From NCBI GenBank assembly GCA_963735345.1, contig CAVTKL010000013.1, positions 321,130-385,129 on the forward strand: 64,000 bases of DNA. Direction: 5' to 3'. Positions 48,938 through 58,080 of this stretch are shown here, piece after piece. Numbering within the stretch: the first letter of the stretch is position 1; each line of letters begins with the position of its first letter. This DNA comes from an uncultured Thermoleophilia bacterium. GTDB taxonomy: Bacteria; Actinomycetota; Thermoleophilia; UBA2241. The position numbers and the translations under genes were made by a program. The notes under the pieces are model-generated. The model saw only the letters and a program-made list of their open reading frames with translations. It was not told the DNA's origin and did not search any database.

Positions 48938-50706
48938 GTGCTCAGCGCGCACGGAGGAGTCGACGCCATGACGTGGCTCATGATCCGCTGGATGCTTCTG
49001 TTCGTGCTCTGTCTGGGTGCCGCGCCAGCTGTTCGTTCTGGCTTCTGCCTCTTCAGAGAAGGCGGGAGCCACCCGCACCCCTACTGCCGCGAGGGCGGCG
49101 GCCGCCCCTCTGAGCAAGTGGCAGGTGACGCTAGGCGCCTCGCCGGCCAAGGTCCAGATGAACCAGAGGATCACCTTCTCGGGGGCTGTAAGCGACGGCA
49201 AGCGGCAAGGCCGGAACCGGCACCGTGACGATCCAGAAGCGGCCCTTCTCAGGCGGCGCCTGGAGCACCTGGAGGTCGGCGACCCTGAGCTCGCGGGGCG
49301 GCTACGCACTCACCGTCACGATGACCGCCGCCCAGGTCTCGCAGGTGCGCGCCAGGATGCCCGGCAACGCCGCCAGCGCCACCGGCTTCAGCGCGAACAA
49401 GAAGGTCACGGTGGAGGCCGCGGCAGGCAAGACGCTCAGCGTGCGCGAGTTCGGCGCGAAGGGAGACGGCAAGAGGGACGATACCGCCGCCATTCGCGCC
49501 GCCCTGAAAGCCTCCTTGGCAAAGGGACGCACTCTCTCTTTCCCCTCTGGGACCTATAGGGTGAGCTCCCTCCTGCTGCCTGCCAGAGCCAAACTCGCCG
49601 GCGCAGGCGCGGGGCGCACCTGGATCAAGGGACGTGTGGAGGCGAGCGGCGGCGATCGCCTGAAGGACCTGAAGGTCGGCGTCGACGGCCACTCGTTCCG
49701 TTTCGTCAACGGCACCAGAGACGTCCTTTTCGAGCGAGTCACCTTCGTCGGCGGCGGCGGCTCCTCCGACGCCCTGATCGATTCGGGCGTGATTCGTTTT
49801 CACGAGGGTCGCAGGGCATCGTTCATCACCTTTCGTGCCTGCACCATCGGCCGCAACTCGGCGAACGGCAACGGCGTGATCCTGGTCGACCGGGGTCGCC
49901 CCGACGCCACCTACCACGACATCGTCTTCGAGCGGTGCCACTTCCTGGCCTCTCCGCGCATGAGCTTCGAGGCCATCCAGCGGCCGTCGGGCGACGAAGC
50001 AATCACCACGGGCTACCACGGGATCGACCTGATCGCAAACCTCTTCGAACCGGCAGGTTCCCAAGCCATCTCATACGACGCCGACGAGGGGCTAGCCGGT
50101 GACTCGCTTGTCTCGGGCAATGTGATCATGGGCGCCGGCACGAACGCGGCCTACCCATGGGGAGCGGGTGTCGAGTTCAACGGCGTTGAAGCCATGCGGT
50201 TCGTCAACAACAAGGTCTACCGCTGTCGCGGGTCGATGATCAACCATCAGGGCTACGCTCGCGCCGTGTCCAACAACACGTTCAGCAACAACGTCTTCGA
50301 CAGCACCACAAGCCATATCCGGCTCACGCCGTCCGCCTGGACGGGCGTCATCGAGTTCATTGGTGTGACGGGTTCGCAGTTCATCGACAACATCGTGCGG
50401 ACCAACGTGGGCGGCCAGCAGGTCATGCTATCCGAGTCATCCGACAACGCTTTCCTGCGGAACGAGATCACGGATGAGCGGCCGGCTCCCTACGCGCTGG
50501 CGTCGGTGTGGCTGGAGGACACCTCCCTCCGGAACACCTTCGACAGCAATCGCTTTGAGACCGCCGCTGAGTGGGGGACCTTCTGTGCGTACCGAGGCTC
50601 AGACTTCAACGTCGTGTCCAACTGCGCGTTCGTCACGTACGGCGGCAGACCCGTCGATGTGGACCCCGGCCTCACGTTGACGCTTGTGAACAACACGTAC
50701 AGGTAG
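48938..50706 (+). CDS. Secreted pectate-lyase-superfamily right-handed beta-helix protein; two frameshifts in the N-terminal 300 nt
   Basis: Signal peptide in frame 2 (48938), Ig-like segment in frame 0 (49017 ORF), then the beta-helix (REFGAKGDGKRDDTAAIRAAL motif) in the 49225 frame. Confidence 0.7.
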
Positions 50707-50865
50707 CTGGAGACCGAAGAGGCGCCGGTCTCGGAAGTACGGACCTCTGCAGTACCAGCATCGGCGAGCAAGCGGGACAACCTCCCGTTCTCTCGCCGCT
50801 TCCATTGTGCGAGAATGGCACGACTCGCTTCGGGCCGGAGTCATCTTTCAGAGGGGGCGACTCAC

Positions 50866-51966
50866 GTGAATCGGCGCGGGATCGGACGCTTCGAGCGGGT
50901 CCTCATACAGGTCGGCCCTGCGCGCCAGTCCGGCGGCATCGCCGACGTGATGCAGGCCATCGAGCGCTGGTCGCGCGCCTCTGGACGACCTGTGCGCACC
51001 GTGAACACCTCGTGCGACGGTCCCCTCGCGGCACGGGCGGCCACGGGCGTTGCGGGCGTTGCGCAAGCACTCGCACACATCGCCGCCCAGCCTGAGGCAC
51101 TAGTCCACGTGCACATGGCCTCCAACGGCAGCTTCCTCCGCAAGTCGACCGTCGTCATCGCCGCGCACGCGCTGAGACGGCCGATCGTCCTGCAGATCCA
51201 CGGCGGCGGCTTCGCCGCCTTCGCCACCGGCGGCAGCGCCGTACGCAAGCGCTGCGTCAGGCATGTTCTCGGCCTCGCTGACGTCGTCCTTGTCCTCAAC
51301 GAGGCTTCTCGTCGGGCGATGGGCGCGCTTCAGCCGAACGCGCCCATCGAGATCGTCCCCAACCCGGCGACGCTTCTCTGCGGTACGCTCACGGACCCCG
51401 CTTCGAGACAGATCCTCTTTCTTGGCCGCCTCGGGCGAACAAAGGGCACCGATGTGCTCCTGGAGGCCATTCGCGCCCTTCAGGCTGCGGGGGTTGATGC
51501 CGACTATGTACTCGCAGGGGACGGCGACATCAAACGCACGCGCGAGGTAGTCTCGAGTCTGCCGGCCCCGCAGCGTGTGCGGGTCCCGGGCTGGGTGCGG
51601 GGAGATGATGTTCACATACTGCTGCACGAGTCGAGCGTCTTCTGCTTGCCCTCGAGATACGAGGGTCTTCCCATGGCGCTGCTGCAGGCCATGGGGCACG
51701 GTCTCGCCTGCGTCGTCACGCCCATAGGTGGCATGCGCGACATCATCGACAGTGGAGAGAACGGCATGCTGATACCGGTAGACGACAGCCAGACGCTGGC
51801 ACGGGTGCTCGGGAGCCTCCTCGTCGACGCACCGGAGAGGGCCAGACTCGGTAGAGGGGCCGCCGAGACCATCCAGGCCGGGTACACGCCGGATGTGGTC
51901 ATGCGACGCCTGGACGAGATCTACTCCACCATGTGGGCAGGCGAGGGCCATCATGGGGGCGCTTGA
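50866..51966 (+). CDS. Glycosyltransferase family 4
   Basis: GT4 motif EGLPMALLQAMGHGLACV. GTG at 50866 with GAGGGGG SD. Confidence 0.8.
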   Translation: MNRRGIGRFERVLIQVGPARQSGGIADVMQAIERWSRASGRPVRTVNTSCDGPLAARAATGVAGVAQALAHIAAQPEALVHVHMASNGSFLRKSTVVIAAHALRRPIVLQIHGGGFAAFATGGSAVRKRCVRHVLGLADVVLVLNEASRRAMGALQPNAPIEIVPNPATLLCGTLTDPASRQILFLGRLGRTKGTDVLLEAIRALQAAGVDADYVLAGDGDIKRTREVVSSLPAPQRVRVPGWVRGDDVHILLHESSVFCLPSRYEGLPMALLQAMGHGLACVVTPIGGMRDIIDSGENGMLIPVDDSQTLARVLGSLLVDAPERARLGRGAAETIQAGYTPDVVMRRLDEIYSTMWAGEGHHGGA

Positions 51967-53351
51967 CCGTCTGCGCGGTTCCTACGTCAACTCGCCGCCC
52001 TGGCTCCAGTCGACGGGAGGGCGCGCGCTCTCGGTGGTTCCTCCTGCCATCCTCTACGGGACGGCCTTCCGCGAACTGCGGGCTGACATCGAGCGCAGCC
52101 GCCACGATGCCGCGTTCGTCGACGAGCGCGTTCGCGCGTCGCTGCGCACGCTGTTGACGCGCGCCAGCGCGACCGCATTCTATGGCCCATTCGCTCTCCC
52201 GGATCGATCTGGAATCGCCCAGCGTCGCGGGCCTCGCGACACTGCCGATCCTGACGCGAGACGCGGTGAGAGCACAGACGGAACGCATGCTCACGGTCCC
52301 CAGGTCAGGACTGGACGAACGTCATACCAGCGGCACGTCGCACGCCCAACTCACTGTCTTCCTGGACAGAGACAGGTCAGTGCGGGAATGGGCCTTCATC
52401 ACGAACGTCTGGGGCAGGAGCGGATACCGCCTGGGCGACCGGCGCGCCTTTCTGCGGCGGGGCGAAGGAGGCCTGCCCGGAGACTGGACGTGGGAGCCAG
52501 GCACCAGAGAGTTGCGACTGACACCGTTCAGGATGATCCCGCCGGTCATGGACGACTATCTGAGCCTCATGTCTCACTACAGGATCGCCTACGTCCACGG
52601 CTACCCCTCCGCAATCACCCTCTTGGCGGCGCATGCCCGCAGGACGGGATGGGCGCCCTCACCGCCTCTGAAGGGTGTATTGCCCATCTCGGAGTCCCTC
52701 CTGCCGCACCAGCGCGAGATCATCCGGGAGGGCTTCGGGCCGGTCCGCATCCAGCCCTTCTACGGACTCACGGAGAAGGTCGCCCTGGCGGGCGAGATCG
52801 GCGACCGCCCCGACGAGTACGAGTTCGAGCCGCTCTACGGCATCACCGAGATCGTCGACGCCAGTGGCGAGCCCGTCGAGCCCGGGCAGCGCGGCAGGCT
52901 CATCGGCACTGGCTTCATCTCGATGGGCATGCCGCTCATCCGCTACGACACGGGTGATCTCGCCACCCTGGTCGATGCGCCTTCGGCGGAGAACTGCTGG
53001 CGTCTGCGAGCCAGGAACATCTCCTCGTGCTATGCGCAGGAGTATGTCGTGACCAACGAACGGGGCCTCGTCTCGGGGCTCTCCGCCCGTCCGCACGATG
53101 ACCGCGTCAAGGACTTCCAGATCGTCCAGCGGGAAGCCGGGCACATCACGCTGCGCATCGTCCCCGAGGAGGGAGTTGGCCTCGACAGACTGGCCTCCAT
53201 TCCCGAGAAGACGCGCGCCGAGTTCGATGATCTCGTATCGGTCGACATGGAGATCGTCGACGCGATCCCGCTCACAGCGGGCGGGAAGAAGCGCTACGTG
53301 GAGCAGCATCTCGACCTTTCCCAGTACGGGGGTGTCGATGCTCCGGAATAG
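51953..53351 (+). CDS. CapK / phenylacetate-CoA-ligase-like adenylate-forming enzyme; one frameshift near 52195
   Basis: N-terminal 80 aa are in the 51893 frame, and the rest is in the 52182 frame with AMP-binding-like motifs (TSGTSH, YGLTEK). Confidence 0.6.
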
Positions 53352-55317
53352 TCTGGCCGCCCATCCCGCAGTGCGCCGCGTCGCGTGGCGCACACGGCGG
53401 TTGCAGAGCATGGCGCCCGAGGAGATCGTGTGGCGCCTGCGCACGCGCGCGCTGCTCGAGATCCTGCGTCGGCGGGGAGACTGGCCCGGGCCACGCTTCG
53501 TCGCGCGCCCGGGTCGCTCGCCCTATCGAATGCCCGCGCTGGGCGAACTCGGCGAACACAGCTCCGTGATCCAGCAGGCCGAGCGCCTGCTCGATGGACA
53601 GCTCACCGCCTTGGACCAGTCGTTCTGCCTGGACAACGTCGACTGGCACCGTGACCCGCAGACCGGCGTCACGGCCCCCTTGAGTTTTGGCCCACTCATC
53701 GACTACCGCGACCCGAAGACCGTCGGCAACGTACGCAACATCTGGGAGCTCAGCCGTCATCAGTACCTGACGATCGCCGCGCTCGCCTTCGCCCTCACGC
53801 GCGACGATCGGTTCGCCCTGTTCGTGCGCCGTCAGCTCGAGTCGTGGCTCGCACAGAACCCGTTCGCCCTCGGGGCGAACTGGGCGAGCCCACTCGAACT
53901 GGGGCTGCGTCTCATCTCCTGGGTCTGGATCGCCCGCTTCCTGGAGGGCAGCCCGCACGGTGAGGCGCTGTTCGGAGCGGGAGGCCTGATGTGGCGTGCG
54001 GTCTACCAACACCAGTGGATGATCGCCCAACTGCGCTCGACCGGTTCGTCCGCAAACAACCACCTCATCGGCGAGATGGCGGGTCTGCTGATCTCGACGC
54101 TCGAGTGGCCGGTGTTCCCCGAGTCTCCGTCTTGGGCGCAGAGCGCACAGGCAAGCCTCAGCGCCGAGAGCGAACGCCAGTATTACCCCTCAGGAGTGAA
54201 CCGCGAACAGGCCTTCGGCTACCAGCTCTTCGCCACGGAGTTGCTGATTCTGGCCGGGATCGAGGCCCAGCGCGCGAAGCGCCCCTTCGGACCGGACTAT
54301 CGTACACGCCTGCTCAGAGCCTCAGATGCCGCCTTGGGGCAGGTCGGCGCTGGGGGGATCCTTCCGAGGTACGGCGACGCGGACGACGGGATGGCATTCG
54401 GGCTACCCGGCGGGGGCGACCAGGTCCTGGGCCGCATCGCCATAGTCGCTTCTCGATGGCTCAGGCGCGAAGGCGACCCGCCTCGGGCATCGCTTGACCA
54501 GCAGCTGGCCGCCCGCTTGCTGCTCTCAGGCCTGCCCTCCGAAGGGCCTGACGCGGCGCTTCCCGACCGTCCATCGCCTCTCGGCAGCCGAGCGTTCCCA
54601 GATGCCGGCCTCTTCGTCATGACCTCTCGTGAGGGAGACGAGGAGGTCTTCTGCCTCGCAGACGCCGGCGAACTGGGTTACCTGAGCATCGCCGCCCACG
54701 GGCACGCCGATGCCCTCGCCTTCACTCTCGCCGTCGGCGACGAGCAGATCGTCGTCGACCCCGGCACCTACACGTATCATCTCGACCCACAGGCGCGCGC
54801 GTATTTCCGCGGCACGCGCGCGCACAACACGATCACGCTCGACGGCCAGGACCAGTCCGTCGCAGCCGGCCCGTTCCTGTGGACGCGTAGAGCGCAGGCG
54901 GCGATGCAGGAATGGCGCGTGCACGAACGGGGCGCCCTCCTCAAAGCCAGCCACGATGGCTACCGACGGCTGGCCGATCCGGTCATCCACCACCGTACCC
55001 TGGCCCTGGAGGGGGGAGTGCTGACGATCGATGATGAGCTCGCCGGTGGCGACGTCCACGACGTGGAGTGGCGCCTGCACCTCGGGCCTCAATGCGCCGC
55101 ACGAATCCAGGCCGACGAATGCCAGATCTGGGGAGGGCGTCACCGCCTGACCCTTCAGCTCGACAAAGCCCTTCGCTGGGACCTGCTCGTGGGGGCTTCG
55201 CAAGGAGGTTGGTACTCATGCCATTTCAATCAGCGACAGAAGTCCGTGACCGTGGTCGGCAGCGGTCGTCTCGCGCTGCCGGTGACCCTTCAGCACGTCT
55301 TGCGGGTGTCTAGGTGA
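53338..55317 (+). CDS. Heparinase II/III-like (alginate-lyase-like) protein
   Basis: 660 aa with the Hepar_II_III N-terminal alpha-toroid and C-terminal beta-sandwich architecture. Overlaps the upstream stop by 14 nt. Confidence 0.7.
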   Translation: MLRNSLAAHPAVRRVAWRTRRLQSMAPEEIVWRLRTRALLEILRRRGDWPGPRFVARPGRSPYRMPALGELGEHSSVIQQAERLLDGQLTALDQSFCLDNVDWHRDPQTGVTAPLSFGPLIDYRDPKTVGNVRNIWELSRHQYLTIAALAFALTRDDRFALFVRRQLESWLAQNPFALGANWASPLELGLRLISWVWIARFLEGSPHGEALFGAGGLMWRAVYQHQWMIAQLRSTGSSANNHLIGEMAGLLISTLEWPVFPESPSWAQSAQASLSAESERQYYPSGVNREQAFGYQLFATELLILAGIEAQRAKRPFGPDYRTRLLRASDAALGQVGAGGILPRYGDADDGMAFGLPGGGDQVLGRIAIVASRWLRREGDPPRASLDQQLAARLLLSGLPSEGPDAALPDRPSPLGSRAFPDAGLFVMTSREGDEEVFCLADAGELGYLSIAAHGHADALAFTLAVGDEQIVVDPGTYTYHLDPQARAYFRGTRAHNTITLDGQDQSVAAGPFLWTRRAQAAMQEWRVHERGALLKASHDGYRRLADPVIHHRTLALEGGVLTIDDELAGGDVHDVEWRLHLGPQCAARIQADECQIWGGRHRLTLQLDKALRWDLLVGASQGGWYSCHFNQRQKSVTVVGSGRLALPVTLQHVLRVSR

Positions 55318-56615
55318 ACATCAGCATCTTCGGATTGGGCTACGTCGGCGTGGTCACCGCAGCGTGCCTGGCCCGGGACGGACATGAGATCGTTGGCGTC
55401 GACGTCAACCCCGAGAAGGTCGCAGCGATCGCCGCCGGCCGATCCCCCATCGTCGAGCCCGGGCTGGCGGAGTTGTTGCGCGCAGGGGTCGCGGCCGGAC
55501 GCATTCGCGCCACCGTGGACGTGAAGCAGGCGATCGACGAGACCGAGGTCTCGCTGATCAGCGTGGGCACCCCCACTTCAGACAGAGGCGCCCCGAACCT
55601 CGGTCACGTCCGAAAGGTATCCGCCGAGATCGGCGCGGCTGTGGCGGGCAAGGCCAAGCCGCACGTCATCATCCTGCGCAGCACCGTACCGCCCGGGACC
55701 CTGAAAGAGTGCGCTGAGATCGTCGGTGAATGTGCCGCGGGCGTTCCCGTCGGGTTCGCCTTCAACCCGGAGTTCCTCCGAGAAGGATCCGCGATCGCCG
55801 ACTTTGACCACCCCAGCTACACGGTCATCGGCACGGAGAGCCGTGCCGCGGAGGATGCAGTCCGAGGCGTCTACGCCGGCGTCGACGCGCCGTTCCTGGT
55901 CGTGCCGCCGGAGGTGTCTGAGATGGTCAAGTACGTCGCCAACTGCTGGCACGCGACCAAGATCGGCTTCGCCAACGAGGTGGGAAGGGCCGCGAAGGCC
56001 TTCGGCGTTGACGGGCGTGTCGTCATGGGCATCATCGCCAAGGACACCAAACTGAACGTCTCTTCTGCCTACATGAAGCCCGGATTCGCGTACGGAGGCT
56101 CCTGTCTGCCCAAGGACGTCAGGGCCCTGTTGTACTACGCGCGGGAGATGGGCGTGGAACTGCCGATGCTCACCGCGCTTCCTCACTCCAACCAGCTGCA
56201 GATCGACGCCGCGCTCCATCTCGTTCTGGCAACCAGGGCTTCACGCGTCGCGGTGTTCGGCTTGGCCTTCAAGTCCGAGACCGACGACCTCCGCGAAAGC
56301 CCGGCGGTCCCGCTCGTGAAGGCGCTCCTCGGCGAAGGCTGCGAGATCCGCATCTACGCTCCCGACGTCAACAAGGCGCGGCTCATGGGCACCAACCTTG
56401 ACTACATTCGGGAGAACATCCCGCATTTCGAGCATTTACTGGTGGACGATCCGCAGGACTCGGTCGCTTGGGCCGAGACGGTCGTCGTGACCCATCCGCA
56501 GGCGCAGTTCAGCAAGGCCCTCGAGGCGGCGCCGGCCGGCAAGCGCATCGTCGATCTGGCGGGCGTGTTCGCTGAGAGACCACAACGATTCGAGTACGAT
56601 GGCATCGCCTGGTAG
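55314..56615 (+). CDS. algD: GDP-mannose 6-dehydrogenase (AlgD-like nucleotide-sugar dehydrogenase)
   Basis: N-terminus MNISIFGLGYVGVV...GVDV closely matches AlgD. Catalytic GGSCLPKD. GTGA overlap with the upstream gene. Confidence 0.8.
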   Translation: MNISIFGLGYVGVVTAACLARDGHEIVGVDVNPEKVAAIAAGRSPIVEPGLAELLRAGVAAGRIRATVDVKQAIDETEVSLISVGTPTSDRGAPNLGHVRKVSAEIGAAVAGKAKPHVIILRSTVPPGTLKECAEIVGECAAGVPVGFAFNPEFLREGSAIADFDHPSYTVIGTESRAAEDAVRGVYAGVDAPFLVVPPEVSEMVKYVANCWHATKIGFANEVGRAAKAFGVDGRVVMGIIAKDTKLNVSSAYMKPGFAYGGSCLPKDVRALLYYAREMGVELPMLTALPHSNQLQIDAALHLVLATRASRVAVFGLAFKSETDDLRESPAVPLVKALLGEGCEIRIYAPDVNKARLMGTNLDYIRENIPHFEHLLVDDPQDSVAWAETVVVTHPQAQFSKALEAAPAGKRIVDLAGVFAERPQRFEYDGIAW

Positions 56616-57846
56616 CGTCCTTATCGTCGTCGAGAACCTCCCCGTTCCCTTCGATCGCAGGGTCTGGATGGAGGCGACGACCCTCGCAGCCGCCGGATAC
56701 GACGTCAGCGTCATCTGCCCCAAGGGCAAGGGGTATTCGCGCGCCCACGAAGTCATCGACGGCGTGTCGGTGTACCGTCACGACTTGACCGTCGAAGGGC
56801 ACTCGGCGCGCACGTACCTGCAGGAGTACGCACAGGCGCTATGGCGCGAGGCCTCGCTCGCTCGCCGCATCTATCGCGCCGACCCGTTCGATGTGCTTCA
56901 CGTCTGCAACCCTCCTGACCTCATGTTCCTCTTCGCGCTCTGGTTCCGGATCCGTCATGGGGTCAGGATCATCTTCGATCACCACGACATCAACCCGGAG
57001 CTTTACGAAGCAAAGTATGGGAAGCGAGACGCCTTCTATCGCGTCTTGCGCCTCGCCGAACGACTCACATTCCTCACGGCCCACGTCGTCATCACGACCG
57101 GCGAGAGCTACCGTGAGATCGCGCTGCATCGCGGCCACAAGAGGCCCGAGGATGTGTTCATCGTCCGCAGCGGCCCTGACATGGCCAAGTTCCGCCCTGT
57201 GCAGCCGGTGCCCGCCTACAAGCACGGCCGCCGCTTCCTCGTTGGATACGTTGGCGTCATGGGACCTCAGGAGGGGATCGACTACCTCTTGCGGGCGGTG
57301 CGCATCATCGTCCATGAGCGCCGGCGGACCGACATCTCCTTCGTACTCATCGGCTCGGGCCCGGCAGTCGACGATCTCAAGACGCTTTGTGCCGACCTGG
57401 ACGTGTCGGGCTACGTGGAGTTCACCGGTCGAGTACCCGACGAGGAGCTTGTCGCGCGCCTGTCGACCTGCGACCTGTGCGTGAACCCCGACCCGCACAA
57501 CCCGTTCAATGACGCGTCCGTCATGAACAAGATCCTGGAGTACATGGCCCTCGCGAGACCGGTCGTGCAGTTCGATCTCACTGAGGGGCGCAGGTCAGCG
57601 GGCGCAGCGAGCACGTACGCCCGCCGCAACGACCAGCACGACCTCGCGGAGAAGATCCTCGAGTTGCTCGCCGACGACGCGCGGCGCCGACAGATGGGCG
57701 AGGAGGGGTATCGGCGCATGCGCGATGAGCTGGAGTGGAAGCACCAGGTGCCGAAGCTCCTGCGTGCCTACGGCAGAGCGCTGGCGAAGCCTCCAAGGGG
57801 AGCCGCGCGGCGAATTGGCTCATTCGCGGATCGAATGCGGCGCTGA
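56599..57846 (+). CDS. Glycosyltransferase family 4 (WcaI-like)
   Basis: GT4 motif NKILEYMALARPVV. Overlaps the algD-like end by 17 nt. Confidence 0.8.
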   Translation: MASPGSVLIVVENLPVPFDRRVWMEATTLAAAGYDVSVICPKGKGYSRAHEVIDGVSVYRHDLTVEGHSARTYLQEYAQALWREASLARRIYRADPFDVLHVCNPPDLMFLFALWFRIRHGVRIIFDHHDINPELYEAKYGKRDAFYRVLRLAERLTFLTAHVVITTGESYREIALHRGHKRPEDVFIVRSGPDMAKFRPVQPVPAYKHGRRFLVGYVGVMGPQEGIDYLLRAVRIIVHERRRTDISFVLIGSGPAVDDLKTLCADLDVSGYVEFTGRVPDEELVARLSTCDLCVNPDPHNPFNDASVMNKILEYMALARPVVQFDLTEGRRSAGAASTYARRNDQHDLAEKILELLADDARRRQMGEEGYRRMRDELEWKHQVPKLLRAYGRALAKPPRGAARRIGSFADRMRR

Positions 57847-58080
57847 CACGAACCGTGTTGGGTTCGCCGGCAGGATGCTACTCATGTCGATGCCGCCCCG
57901 TTTAGAGGCTCCGAGCACGTTCGCGACACCGCTGCACAGTCAGGCGCACGCGCTCAGAGTGATCGTCCGATCCTGCCGCCGCCGACTGCATCCCCGATAC
58001 CAACGTGCGCGAAGTCGACGTAGTCACTGACCATTCGCGCCCGGCGCCCTATGGCCCGGTCCCCGACGCCCGAGGGACGC

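Noticed and set aside
57847-58080. 235-nt convergent gap between GT4 and wbaP examined for a small gene or sRNA
   Set aside because: Only weak imperfect long-range complementarity (CGGCAGGATG / GATCCTGCCG). No ORF with RBS and no clear terminator structure.
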